Source of the DNA: an uncultured bacterium
Lineage (GTDB): Bacteria > Fermentibacterota > Fermentibacteria > Fermentibacterales > JCC-6
Direction: 5' to 3'
Assembly (NCBI GenBank): GCA_965371785.1
Contig: CBDUZS010000004.1
Span: 1,963-65,962 of the forward strand
DNA: 64,000 nt
The notes beneath the pieces are model-generated. The model was not told the origin of the DNA. It did not search any database and saw only the letters and a program-made list of their open reading frames with translations. The translations under genes and the position numbers were made by a program. Of the stretch, positions 9,972 to 19,451 are shown one piece after another. Position 1 is the first letter of the stretch. Every line of letters begins with the position of its first letter.

Positions 9972-11003
9972 ATGACAAGGCTGGACAAGAGTGATTTCGG
10001 GGATTTCATCCGTGAACTGGCAGAAGGCTACGACGTCTACGCTCCCGGCCTTCGTGGGAGTACAACGATCTTCGTTCCCGTTGGACCGGATGATGATATC
10101 GTCCAGGACTGTACGGTAACGGTCATGTCCCCGAAGAACGTGTTCTTTCCACAGGCCGAAGTGCTTTTCGAGTACGAGAATGGCGAGGTCAGAACGATAC
10201 CGGCCAGTACCAGACCGCTGGCAGTCTGGGGAATGAGAGGCTGCGATGTCCGCAGTCTTCACCTCCTGGACAAAGTCATGGGAGACGCAATACAGATGCC
10301 CGGGGACAAGAGATTCCAGGATCCCTACTGGAAGGAGAGGTTCGACGATTCCATCATCTTCTGTACCGCATGCAACGAGCCTCTTTCGACCTGCTTCTGC
10401 AACTGGTTCGGCGGCGGACCGCACAGCGGGACCGGAGCGGACGTCTTCGTGATCGACATCGGTGAAGCCTGGCTGATGGAACCTATGAGCGAGAAGGGTA
10501 CGGAACTCATCGCAGGGATTTCCTGCTTGAAAGACGTATCGGATGACGACCTGACAAGGGCTTCGGAGCTGGCTGCCAGGGCGGAATCTCTGATGACCGC
10601 TCCGGATGGTATCGAAGGCATCGACACGCACCTGACAGAATTGTTCGATGCCGAAGTGTGGGATAAGATCAGCGCCAAGTGTGTGACCTGCGGTGCATGC
10701 ACATTCTGCTGTCCCACCTGCCACTGCTTCGATCTCCAGGATGAGGGCAGCGGCGGCAGAGGCAAGAGGATCCGCATCTGGGACTCATGCATGTTCCCCA
10801 TATTCACGGCAGAAGCTTCTGGGCACAATCCCAGGGCTCTTTCGAAGGAACGTGTAAGGCAGAGGATCATGCACAAATTCAGTTACTACCCGGAAAGGTA
10901 CGGAGAGATGCTCTGCACTGGCTGCGGACGATGCATCTCCGCCTGTCCCGTCAACTTCGATGTAAGGGATGTGCTGAGAGAACTCCAGGAATGCGAGAGT
11001 TGA
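9972..11003 (+). CDS. Fe-S subunit, HydB/AsrA (sulfhydrogenase beta / anaerobic sulfite reductase A)-like, FlxB/FlxC-type
   Basis: CVTCGACTFCCPTCHCF and CTGCGRCISACPVNFDV motifs are typical of the HydB/AsrA family. AGGGAG RBS before ATG 9972. Confidence 0.65.
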   Translation: MTRLDKSDFGDFIRELAEGYDVYAPGLRGSTTIFVPVGPDDDIVQDCTVTVMSPKNVFFPQAEVLFEYENGEVRTIPASTRPLAVWGMRGCDVRSLHLLDKVMGDAIQMPGDKRFQDPYWKERFDDSIIFCTACNEPLSTCFCNWFGGGPHSGTGADVFVIDIGEAWLMEPMSEKGTELIAGISCLKDVSDDDLTRASELAARAESLMTAPDGIEGIDTHLTELFDAEVWDKISAKCVTCGACTFCCPTCHCFDLQDEGSGGRGKRIRIWDSCMFPIFTAEASGHNPRALSKERVRQRIMHKFSYYPERYGEMLCTGCGRCISACPVNFDVRDVLRELQECES

Positions 11004-11845
11004 GGATAGTCGTGTCGAATACCTACATTCCGCTGCAGATGAGAGTCGAGAAAATCGTCTCGGAAGATTCTGACAGGATGCTTCGCACCTATGACCTGAC
11101 CTTCCTGGACGAAGCGGAACGTAAGGCGTTCAACTACCTGCCCGGGCAGTTCTGCGAACTGTCAATACTCGGCAAGGGTGAATCACCTTTCGGGATAGCG
11201 TCCTCCCCTACTGAAGACGGCTATCTCCGTTTCACAGTGAGCAGGACCGGTACCGTAACCAACGAGATACATTACCTCAGAGTGGGTGATACCGTCGGGA
11301 TGAGAGGACCTCTCGGCAACTGGTATCCTGTGGAGGAGCTCAAGGGCGCTAACGTGTTGATAGTTGGTGGCGGGTTTGCTTTTACAACCCTGAGGTCACT
11401 TCTGGTGTACCTGCTGGAAAACAGGAGTGATTACGGAGACATAACCGTTGTTTACGGAGCGAGAACACCCGATCTCCTCATTTACAAGGACGAACTAGCC
11501 CTCTGGAAAGAGAGAGATGACCTCGAGCTGCATCTCACTATTGACAGACCGGTGGAAGGCTGGGACGGCAAGACCGGATTCGTACCGACGGTTACCGAAG
11601 AGATCGCACCCGACCGGGAAAATACGTTCGCCATCGTATGCGGACCTCCGATTATGATCAAGTTCACACTGCCGGTGCTCACAGCACTTGGATTCCCCGA
11701 CGACAGGATCTACACTTCCCTCGAACGGCGCATGAAGTGCGGCATAGGCAAGTGCGGGAGGTGTAACATCGGGTCGAAATACATCTGCATCGACGGGCCC
11801 GTGTTCTCGATGGCCGAGCTCAGGATGATACCCGAGCCTGTCTAG
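10991..11845 (+). CDS. FAD/NAD(P)H-binding oxidoreductase with C-terminal [2Fe-2S], FlxA / HydG / AsrB-like
   Basis: The start is ATG 10991 (MRELRIV), overlapping the previous stop. The track's upstream Met at 10787 is out of context. FNR-like fold motifs: YLPGQFCEL, VLIVGGGFAFTTL, CGPPIMI. The C-terminal CGIGKCGRCNIG is a 2Fe-2S motif. Confidence 0.7.
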   Translation: MRELRIVVSNTYIPLQMRVEKIVSEDSDRMLRTYDLTFLDEAERKAFNYLPGQFCELSILGKGESPFGIASSPTEDGYLRFTVSRTGTVTNEIHYLRVGDTVGMRGPLGNWYPVEELKGANVLIVGGGFAFTTLRSLLVYLLENRSDYGDITVVYGARTPDLLIYKDELALWKERDDLELHLTIDRPVEGWDGKTGFVPTVTEEIAPDRENTFAIVCGPPIMIKFTLPVLTALGFPDDRIYTSLERRMKCGIGKCGRCNIGSKYICIDGPVFSMAELRMIPEPV

Positions 11846-12331
11846 ATGGAGACTATAGAGATGAAGAAGATAATCCTCGCCGAGAAAGACCCGAACTTCA
11901 AGAATCAAATTGCATCACAGCCAGGTGCGGAGTCCTTCATGAAGTGCTTCACCTGCGGCACCTGCACGGCTACCTGCCCCGTGGCAGAGGTGCATGATGA
12001 GTACGATCCGAGAAAGATAATAAGGATGGCCATACTGGGTATGCGTGAGGAGGTCCTCTCCTCCGACATTCTCTGGATGTGTTCGAGATGCTACGCTTGC
12101 GCTGCCCTCTGCCCTCAGAACGTGAAGTTCACCGATGTCATCAGCATTCTCAGAGATATGGCTGTGAAAGAGGGATACGTTCCAGCAGAACGGCTCGAGA
12201 AGGCCAGGGAACTCGACAGAATCGTGCAGAGCCTTCGATGCAGGCTCATAGAACAGAAACTGCATCCTGACGACGAGAACAGAGCTGAAATCAAACGCGT
12301 GCTCGAGGGTGAACTGGAGGAATCATGGTAG
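11846..12331 (+). CDS. HdrC-like 2x[4Fe-4S] ferredoxin-type subunit
   Basis: Two CxxCxxCxxxCP motifs (CFTCGTCTATCP and CSRCYACAALCP). 161 aa. Immediately upstream of the giant HdrA. Confidence 0.6.
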   Translation: METIEMKKIILAEKDPNFKNQIASQPGAESFMKCFTCGTCTATCPVAEVHDEYDPRKIIRMAILGMREEVLSSDILWMCSRCYACAALCPQNVKFTDVISILRDMAVKEGYVPAERLEKARELDRIVQSLRCRLIEQKLHPDDENRAEIKRVLEGELEESW

Positions 12332-12377
12332 TTCTGCTTGATGCATTCCCCTGTTTGACACGGCGGGGCAGCTGAAC

Positions 12378-15300
12378 ATGTCCAACGGAGCGCCAGAGCC
12401 GAAGAAAGAATTGGTTACGACAGCCACACGTAGATCGGGAGCAGTGCTCGTGGTCGGCGGCGGCATAGCTGGAATCCAGTCATCTCTTGATCTGGCCGAC
12501 TCCGGATTCAAGGTTTACCTGGTCGAGGATTCACCCGCAATCGGCGGAATCATGGCCCAGCTGGACAAGACGTTCCCTACGAATGACTGCGCCATGTGTG
12601 TCATCTCTCCCAAGCTGGTTGAATGCGGGAGACATCTCAATATAGAACTGCTGACTGACTCGAATCTGGTCTCCCTTGAAGGTGAACCCGGCAACTTCAC
12701 GGCAAGAGTGTACAAACGTCCCCGCTTTGTCGATCTGGAAACCTGCACCGGCTGTGGTGAATGCGTAGAAGTGTGCCCCGTAAGCGTCTTGTCGTTGTTC
12801 GACGAGAACCTTGTCGATAGAAAGGCAATCTATAAGCCCTATGCCCAGGCCTCCCCGAACGCATTTGTCATCGACAAGGCAGAGACACCCCCCTGTCAAC
12901 TCGCCTGCCCGTCAGGGATTCACGTACAGGGCTACGTTGCTCTCGTGGCTGAAGGCAAGTACGAAGAGGCATACGACCTGATCAGGAAGAACAACCCGTT
13001 CGTCTCGGTCTGCGGAAGGGTCTGTCATCATCCGTGCGAAACGGAATGCCGTCGTGGAGAGTACGATGAGCCTGTCGATATCAGATCCATCAAGCGGTTC
13101 ATCGCCGATTACGTCCATGCACATCACGAGGAGTTCGAAAAGAACACTGACGAAACCGTTCCCGATAAGAGCGAGAAAGTTGCCGTGATAGGTGCGGGAC
13201 CCGCCGGGCTCACCTGCGCATTCTACCTGGCCAGGGAAGGTTATCAGGTCACCATATTCGAGAAGGATGACAAGGCAGGGGGAATGCTGCGATTGGGAAT
13301 CCCCTCCTACAGGCTCCCTGAGGAAGAACTCGACTGGGAGATAGAACAGATTTTGAGAGAGGGAATCGAGCTTCGTACGAATTCACCCATAGGCCCGGAG
13401 GATTTTGCCGGACTGCGGGAGCACTACGATGCTTTGTTCGTATCGGTCGGATTCTCCTACGGAAGAAAGCTGGACATCGATGGAGCAGATAACTCCGGAG
13501 TCCAGACCGGGATAGAATTCCTGAGAAAGGTGAACGGAAACGTCGAGCCCGACCTCGGTAAAAAAATGGTTGTCATAGGCGGCGGAAACGTAGCGATAGA
13601 TGTAGCGAAATCAGCAATCCGCCTTGGCTCGGAGGTGGAGCTTTACTGCCTGGAATCCCGAAGGGAAATGCCTGCCCACGGCTGGGAGATCACTGAGGCA
13701 ATCGAGGAAGGGATCCGGATCAATCCGTCATGGGGACCCGCGGAGATAATCGGTGAGAACGGCAGAGTGAAGGGTATCCGCTTGCGGAAATGCACTTCCG
13801 TTTTCGATTCGGAGGGAAATTTCAATCCGCAGTTCGATAATGAGGATGTTATAGAAACCGATTGCGACGATGTGATCATCGCCATCGGGCAGAGCTCTGA
13901 CATTACCTTCCTGAAGGAAACGGACTCCGGGCTGAAGCAGACGGTACCGGTGGATCCCCTGACATTTTCAACTTCCATCGATGGAGTGTTCGCAGCCGGA
14001 GACATCATTCGCGGCCCGGCTTCGGTCGTCGAGGCGGTAGGACAGGCTCACGAGGCGGCCCTGTCGATCGATCGATACCTCAGAGGCGAGGATATGTCCG
14101 ATGGAAGAACCGTGGAGGATGAGCTTCCAGCCAGGGAACCCCCTATGGATGTCCCGCTCAGGCAGCGTGTTCAGATGGGTTTCATTCCTCCAGCCGAGCG
14201 TGTGAAGGATTTCTGTGAAGTCGAACTCGGTTTCTCCGAAGAGGAGGTTCGCGAAGAAGCCGGACGCTGTCTCGAGTGCGGTCTCTGCTCACGCTGTCTG
14301 CAGTGCGAGGTCGTCTGTGAAGCAAATGCGATCAACCACGCCATGACCGGGGAAATGGTCGATATCCGGGTCGGAGCGGTCATTCTAACATCTGGAGCCG
14401 AGGCATTCGATCCTTCCCCGCTGCACGAGTTCGGCTACGGACGTTACGATAACGTATTAACCAGTATTCAGTTCGAGAGAATATTAGCCGCATCAGGTCC
14501 CTTCGAGGGGCATCTGCAGAGACCTTCCGACGACAAGGTTCCGACAAGGATAGCATGGCTTCAATGTGTCGGGTCGAGAACCGAGGACACTCACATGCCG
14601 TACTGCTCCTCCGTCTGCTGCATGTACGCGATCAAAGAGGCGATAATCGCAAAGGAGCATGTGAGCTCTGTTGAGCCGACCATGTTCTTCATGGACATGC
14701 GTGCACACGGCAAGGATTTCGACAGCTACTACGAACGGGCTGTCGAGATGGGTGTGAGGTTTGTCAGGTCAAGGGTCAGCAAGATAAGAGAAATCAACGA
14801 TTCCGGTAACCTCGAGCTGCGTTACGTGACAGAGGACGGCACCGTACGGTTCGAGGAGTTCGATCTCGTGGTTCTGTCCGTCGGTCTCGATCACAACAGG
14901 CTCAACGCAGAGATATCGGATAACCTCGGACTCCGTCTGAACGAGTACAGCTTCATCGACTCCTCACAGCATTCACCCATACTGACTTCGCGGCCGGGGG
15001 TCTTCGTTTCCGGACCTGCAGGTTCCCCGATGGATATCCCGGAGACCGTCACCCAGGCTTCGGGATCGGTAGCCGGTGCAGCGGAGATCCTTTCGGATAC
15101 CCGGGGCACGGAGATCATCGAGAAGGAGTATCCCGAAGAGATCGACGTAAGCGGGAAAAGACCAAGGATTGGTGTTTTCATCTGCCGTTGCGGAACCAAT
15201 ATCGCAAGCATTGTCGACGTACCCTCGGTAGTCGAATTCGCGCGAACCCTTCCGGATGTTGTTTACGCCGGTGAGAACCTGTTCACCTGCTCTCAGGACA

Positions 15301-16859
15301 CACAGAAGAAGATAAAGGAGATAATCGACGAGAATCGTCTGAACAGGATAGTCGTCTCTTCCTGCTCCCCCAGCACTCACGAACCGCTCTTTCAGGAAAC
15401 CATCAGGGAAGCAGGGCTTAACCGCTACCTGTTCAACATGGCCAACATCAGGAACCACTGCAGCTGGGTCCACCGGAACGATCCGGTGCAGGCGACGGAA
15501 AAGGCGAAGATCCTGACCCGAATCGCTGTGGGCAAGTCACGGCTGCTGAATCCCCTTCATACAGTCGTCCTCGATGTGGTGCAGAAGGGGCTGGTCGTCG
15601 GCGGGGGGCTTGCCGGTATGACTGCAGCACTCTCCGTCGCCGAACAGGGCTACGATGTGGCTCTGGTCGAGAGAGAAAGTGTGTTCGGCGGCAACCTGTT
15701 GCGGCTTACGAAGAAACCTGACGGTCTCGACGTACTCGAGTATCTGAATGACCTGATCAGCCGACTGGAATCCCATCCCCGCGTCCACATCTACCTGAAT
15801 TCCACTATCGATGCCGTTGATGGATACATCGGAAACTACCTTACATCGATCCGCAACAACGAAACTGAAGAGATCGAGGATTACAAGCACGGTATAATCA
15901 TCATCACCACGGGAGGAGTGGAAACCAGCCCGGACTCATATCTGTACGGGAATTCTGATGGAGCAGTTCTCACACAGCTGGAACTCGAGAAGGATCTCGA
16001 GCACGACTGCGACTCGTACGCCAGAATGAAGAGTGTTGTGATGATTCAGTGTGTGGGGTCGAGGGAAGAGGAACACCCATACTGTTCCAGAGTCTGCTGC
16101 ACACAGTCCGTCAAGAACGCTATCCGGCTCAAGGAGCTCAATCCTGATCTGAACGTCTACATCCTCTACAGAGATATGAGGACCTACGGATTCAACGAGC
16201 GATACTACCAGCAGGCCAGGGCAATGGGTGTCGTGTTCATGAGATTTGATAAGGACGAAAAGCCCATAGTCGAATTCGACGGAACCGGAGAAGACAGAAA
16301 GATCAGAGTCAGTGTGGTCGACCATGTTCTCGGTGCAACCATCGAGATAGCTCCCGACCGCGTGATCCTCGCACCCGCCATCGAGCCGAGGGAAGATGCT
16401 TCGCGACTGTCGCAGATGCTCAAGATACCGCTCAACGAAAACCGGTTCTTCATGGAAGCTCACGTTAAACTCAGACCCGTGGATTTTTCGGCGGAGGGGA
16501 TATACCTTGCCGGTCTGGCTCATTCTCCCAAGGGTATGGACGAGACGATCTCACAGGCCAAGGCTGCCGCGGAGAGAGCCTGCATCATTATCAGTTCGGA
16601 CGAGTACCTGGCAGTAGCCAACATTGCCAGTGTGGATCAGGACGTTTGCGTCGGCTGCGGGTTATGCGTTTCGGTCTGCCCATACAACGCTCTCGGGCTT
16701 GTCTGGCAAAGCGGGAAAAACGTCTGTTCGGTGAATACCGCTCTCTGCAAGGGTTGCGGCAGCTGTTCATCGGTATGCCCGTCCGGAGCCATGGAGCAGC
16801 TCGGATACACCGAAGAGCAGACACTGGAGATGGTCGAGCTTACCCAGATCATTTTCTGA
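12378..16859 (+). CDS. Giant HdrA-GltD-HdrA fusion flavoprotein (1493 aa): HdrA FAD/ferredoxin unit, inserted NADPH-dependent glutamate-synthase-beta/NfnB-like module, then a second HdrA-like unit with C-terminal ferredoxin
   Basis: HdrA-type motifs: [19 protein letters not shown]; LDKTFPTNDCAMCVISPKL; CTGCGECVEVCPV. GltD-type motifs: CGRVCHHPCETEC; VAVIGAGPAGLTCAFYLAREGY; VVIGGGNVAIDVA. Second HdrA unit: WLQCVGSRTED..CCMYAIKE; RIGVFICRCGTNIAS; LVVGGGLAGMTAAL; IQCVGSREEEHPYCSRVCC; CVGCGLCVSVCPY..CKGCGSCSSVCP. Confidence 0.8.
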   Translation: MSNGAPEPKKELVTTATRRSGAVLVVGGGIAGIQSSLDLADSGFKVYLVEDSPAIGGIMAQLDKTFPTNDCAMCVISPKLVECGRHLNIELLTDSNLVSLEGEPGNFTARVYKRPRFVDLETCTGCGECVEVCPVSVLSLFDENLVDRKAIYKPYAQASPNAFVIDKAETPPCQLACPSGIHVQGYVALVAEGKYEEAYDLIRKNNPFVSVCGRVCHHPCETECRRGEYDEPVDIRSIKRFIADYVHAHHEEFEKNTDETVPDKSEKVAVIGAGPAGLTCAFYLAREGYQVTIFEKDDKAGGMLRLGIPSYRLPEEELDWEIEQILREGIELRTNSPIGPEDFAGLREHYDALFVSVGFSYGRKLDIDGADNSGVQTGIEFLRKVNGNVEPDLGKKMVVIGGGNVAIDVAKSAIRLGSEVELYCLESRREMPAHGWEITEAIEEGIRINPSWGPAEIIGENGRVKGIRLRKCTSVFDSEGNFNPQFDNEDVIETDCDDVIIAIGQSSDITFLKETDSGLKQTVPVDPLTFSTSIDGVFAAGDIIRGPASVVEAVGQAHEAALSIDRYLRGEDMSDGRTVEDELPAREPPMDVPLRQRVQMGFIPPAERVKDFCEVELGFSEEEVREEAGRCLECGLCSRCLQCEVVCEANAINHAMTGEMVDIRVGAVILTSGAEAFDPSPLHEFGYGRYDNVLTSIQFERILAASGPFEGHLQRPSDDKVPTRIAWLQCVGSRTEDTHMPYCSSVCCMYAIKEAIIAKEHVSSVEPTMFFMDMRAHGKDFDSYYERAVEMGVRFVRSRVSKIREINDSGNLELRYVTEDGTVRFEEFDLVVLSVGLDHNRLNAEISDNLGLRLNEYSFIDSSQHSPILTSRPGVFVSGPAGSPMDIPETVTQASGSVAGAAEILSDTRGTEIIEKEYPEEIDVSGKRPRIGVFICRCGTNIASIVDVPSVVEFARTLPDVVYAGENLFTCSQDTQKKIKEIIDENRLNRIVVSSCSPSTHEPLFQETIREAGLNRYLFNMANIRNHCSWVHRNDPVQATEKAKILTRIAVGKSRLLNPLHTVVLDVVQKGLVVGGGLAGMTAALSVAEQGYDVALVERESVFGGNLLRLTKKPDGLDVLEYLNDLISRLESHPRVHIYLNSTIDAVDGYIGNYLTSIRNNETEEIEDYKHGIIIITTGGVETSPDSYLYGNSDGAVLTQLELEKDLEHDCDSYARMKSVVMIQCVGSREEEHPYCSRVCCTQSVKNAIRLKELNPDLNVYILYRDMRTYGFNERYYQQARAMGVVFMRFDKDEKPIVEFDGTGEDRKIRVSVVDHVLGATIEIAPDRVILAPAIEPREDASRLSQMLKIPLNENRFFMEAHVKLRPVDFSAEGIYLAGLAHSPKGMDETISQAKAAAERACIIISSDEYLAVANIASVDQDVCVGCGLCVSVCPYNALGLVWQSGKNVCSVNTALCKGCGSCSSVCPSGAMEQLGYTEEQTLEMVELTQIIF

Positions 16860-16941
16860 CGGCAACAAGCCCTCACTTCTCACGGCTTCCATGTAGGAAT
16901 GACGACGCTATACACTCCCACTGCCGGGAAGGAGTAAATCC

Positions 16942-17637
16942 ATGAGCAGTCAACAAGAGTTTGCCTTGCCGAAGTGCGCTTACTGCAAGGAGGAAAGGAA
17001 GGTCTGTACAAATCCTGCTGGAACCGGTCCCGTCTGGTGCCCGACTCTTACTCTGGAGGTTCTGGTCAGCAAAGCTTTCGAGGAGTACGATGACCGCGGC
17101 ACCATGGAGCTCGCTAGAGCTGCCACCGTACAGGAAGGTGAATGCTACATCGGCAGGTCGAGGGGTGCCGAAGCCGCTCCCTACCCCGTAAAGCCCAGGG
17201 CTCTGGAGATAATCGAACTCGCCGGGAAAATGGGCTACAGCAGAATAGGCATTGCCTTCTGCACGGGGCTGATGGAGGAGGCAAGGCTCTTCAGTGAAAT
17301 TCTCATATCAGCTGGTCTGGAGGCTGTTTCCGTCTGCTGCAAGGTGGGAAGAACTCCGAAGGAGAGAATAGGTGTTCTCGACGATCAGAAGATCCGTATC
17401 GGGGAGTTCGAGGCGATGTGCAGCCCGGTTGCCCAGGCTCGCATTCTCGATCGGAGCGGGACGGACCTCAACGTAGTCATCGGGCTTTGCGTCGGCCATG
17501 ATTCGCTGTTCTTCAAATACAGCTCAGTCCCGGTAACGGTGCTCGTAGCGAAGGACAGGGTTACGGGCCACAATCCCGCAGCGGTTCTGTACACCGCTCA
17601 CAGCTACTACAGGAACCTGTTGAAGGGACCTTTCTGA
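16942..17637 (+). CDS. Cys-rich metal-binding protein, DUF1847-like
   Basis: 231 aa. CAYCKEERKVC..WCP and LCVGHD motifs. AGGAG RBS before ATG 16942. The DUF assignment is from memory of the family signature. Confidence 0.45.
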   Translation: MSSQQEFALPKCAYCKEERKVCTNPAGTGPVWCPTLTLEVLVSKAFEEYDDRGTMELARAATVQEGECYIGRSRGAEAAPYPVKPRALEIIELAGKMGYSRIGIAFCTGLMEEARLFSEILISAGLEAVSVCCKVGRTPKERIGVLDDQKIRIGEFEAMCSPVAQARILDRSGTDLNVVIGLCVGHDSLFFKYSSVPVTVLVAKDRVTGHNPAAVLYTAHSYYRNLLKGPF

Positions 17638-17828
17638 TCCTTGACCTCCCTGAACAATCTACAGAACGTTGGCATTGCAAACGGGGCCGATTTTTGCACG
17701 GTGTTGTGGCAATCGTGCTACTCACCTTCTACGTTGCCGGATAATTATACTAGCCCCTTAAAACAGCTGAAGAGGAGACGGACATAGGCGGACAGAACAG
17801 AGTACTGCTGTTTCTGCTCATATTCATC

Positions 17829-19037
17829 ATGTTCTCGTTTGTTATCACCGGGATAGCTGTTGATGGACCAGGCAGAGCTTTCGGTGGATTTCTTGAGCTG
17901 CAGTTTCAGCCGGCAAGACTCATCACTGACTTCATAGCCACCAGCGGCACAGGCGCCGCCCTTGTCAACGCCGCAGCGGTTGGCATTGTGGGGTTATTCC
18001 TTACTACGATGTCAAAGGTCCAATTGTCTGGATCGACCTTTGCTGCCATTTTTACGATGATGGGTTTCGCCCTGTTCGGAAAAACACCAATGAACATCAT
18101 CCCGATAATCATTGGAGTTTACATTTCGGGAAAACTGGTCGGCAGGAGTTTTGCAGAATACATAATCATTGCCCTTTTCGGAACCGCTCTTGGTCCGCTG
18201 ATCAGCGTTTTTTCTTTTGAGCTGGGGCTTTCGGGATTACCTGCAATCGCCGTTGGAACTGCTGCAGGAATCGGAACGGGTTTTCTGCTTCCGGCAATTG
18301 CCGTGTCCATGCTGCATCTCCACCAGGGATACAACCTTTACAACATGGGTTTGTCCTGTGGTTTTTTCGCTCTCTTTGCAGCCGCACTGATCAGGGCGGG
18401 AGGGCACACTTTCGAGGGACTCCTGCAGTGGCATACGGAGGGATCTGCAACGCTTTCATTTCTGATACCCGCTCTCTCGGGCATCCTGATCCTGACGGGG
18501 CTGCTGGCAGGAGGCATGAAGAGCCTGAGGAGTTTTAAGGCCATCCAGAAACATTCGGGCCGACTCCCCTCGGATTTCATGGACATGGAATCGATGGAGG
18601 GAGCTCTGCTCAACGCCGGGTTTATCGGTCTTGCAGGCTCTCTTTACATTCTGCTGATCGGCGGGGATTTCAACGGTCCCACTATCGGGGGGCTCCTGAC
18701 CATCATGGGATTTGGTGCTTTCGGCACACATTTTCGTAATTCATGGCCGATCGTTCTCGGAGTTATCATTGCAACGGTTGTATTCGGCAAATCACTTACA
18801 GCTCCCGGTGCGATCCTTGCCGCAATTTTCTGTACAACCCTCGCACCGCTGGCAGGGGCATTCGGAGTTCTTACGGGATTGGTCGCCGGGTTCACGCACC
18901 TTGCCCTGGTTCATCAGACCGGATCCTGGCAGGGTGGTATGAACCTCTACAACAATGGTTTTGCCGGAGGCCTGACCGCTGCATTCATCGTCTCGGTTAT
19001 TATGTGGTATCGTTCAAAGGACACTGGTTATGAATAG
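17829..19037 (+). CDS. Polytopic integral membrane protein of unknown function with an internal two-fold repeat (DUF1576-like)
   Basis: 402 aa. Multiple hydrophobic segments. The motif HLHQGYNLYNMG is repeated as HQTGSWQGGMNLYNNGFAGG. No ATG/GTG/TTG occurs upstream in frame after the stop at 17751. Confidence 0.5.
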   Translation: MFSFVITGIAVDGPGRAFGGFLELQFQPARLITDFIATSGTGAALVNAAAVGIVGLFLTTMSKVQLSGSTFAAIFTMMGFALFGKTPMNIIPIIIGVYISGKLVGRSFAEYIIIALFGTALGPLISVFSFELGLSGLPAIAVGTAAGIGTGFLLPAIAVSMLHLHQGYNLYNMGLSCGFFALFAAALIRAGGHTFEGLLQWHTEGSATLSFLIPALSGILILTGLLAGGMKSLRSFKAIQKHSGRLPSDFMDMESMEGALLNAGFIGLAGSLYILLIGGDFNGPTIGGLLTIMGFGAFGTHFRNSWPIVLGVIIATVVFGKSLTAPGAILAAIFCTTLAPLAGAFGVLTGLVAGFTHLALVHQTGSWQGGMNLYNNGFAGGLTAAFIVSVIMWYRSKDTGYE

Positions 19038-19064
19038 GTTGTTGTTTCTCGGGAGAAGAAAACC

Positions 19065-19451
19065 ATGAAGAGAAAAGAACTGATTCTCCACCTGATCGGT
19101 GGAATATCGAATTACATGCTGGAGAACAATCCTTCAAGGCTGGTCATTTCACTTCATCAGGAGGAGGATGGGCTACACCTCTCCGCTTTCGATGACAGGG
19201 CTCACAGCGATGAGGAAATAGAGAGAATAGACCTGGCCTTGAACAGTCAGAAAAGACCAGAACTGGCGGGCTATTACGGGGCCATGACCGGCCACGACTT
19301 GCTGGGGGCTTCCCGGCTTAATCTGCTCGGCTGGCAGGTGAAACACTGTGATGTATCGAGAACCTCCAACGGCATTAAGGTAGACATCTGGCTGGGCGGA
19401 GATCGGTTTGAAAGCGATCGGTTTACGCTCCCGGTCAAGGACCAGCAATAG
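19065..19451 (+). CDS. Hypothetical protein (128 aa)
   Basis: GGAGAAG RBS before ATG 19065. No recognisable motif. Confidence 0.45.
   Translation: MKRKELILHLIGGISNYMLENNPSRLVISLHQEEDGLHLSAFDDRAHSDEEIERIDLALNSQKRPELAGYYGAMTGHDLLGASRLNLLGWQVKHCDVSRTSNGIKVDIWLGGDRFESDRFTLPVKDQQ

Noticed and set aside
9927-10876. Minus-strand ORFs 9927..10724 (265 aa) and 10325..10876 (183 aa)
   Set aside because: They are antisense to the well-supported HydB/AsrA-like gene 9972..11003. They have no motifs and typical GC-rich shadow composition.
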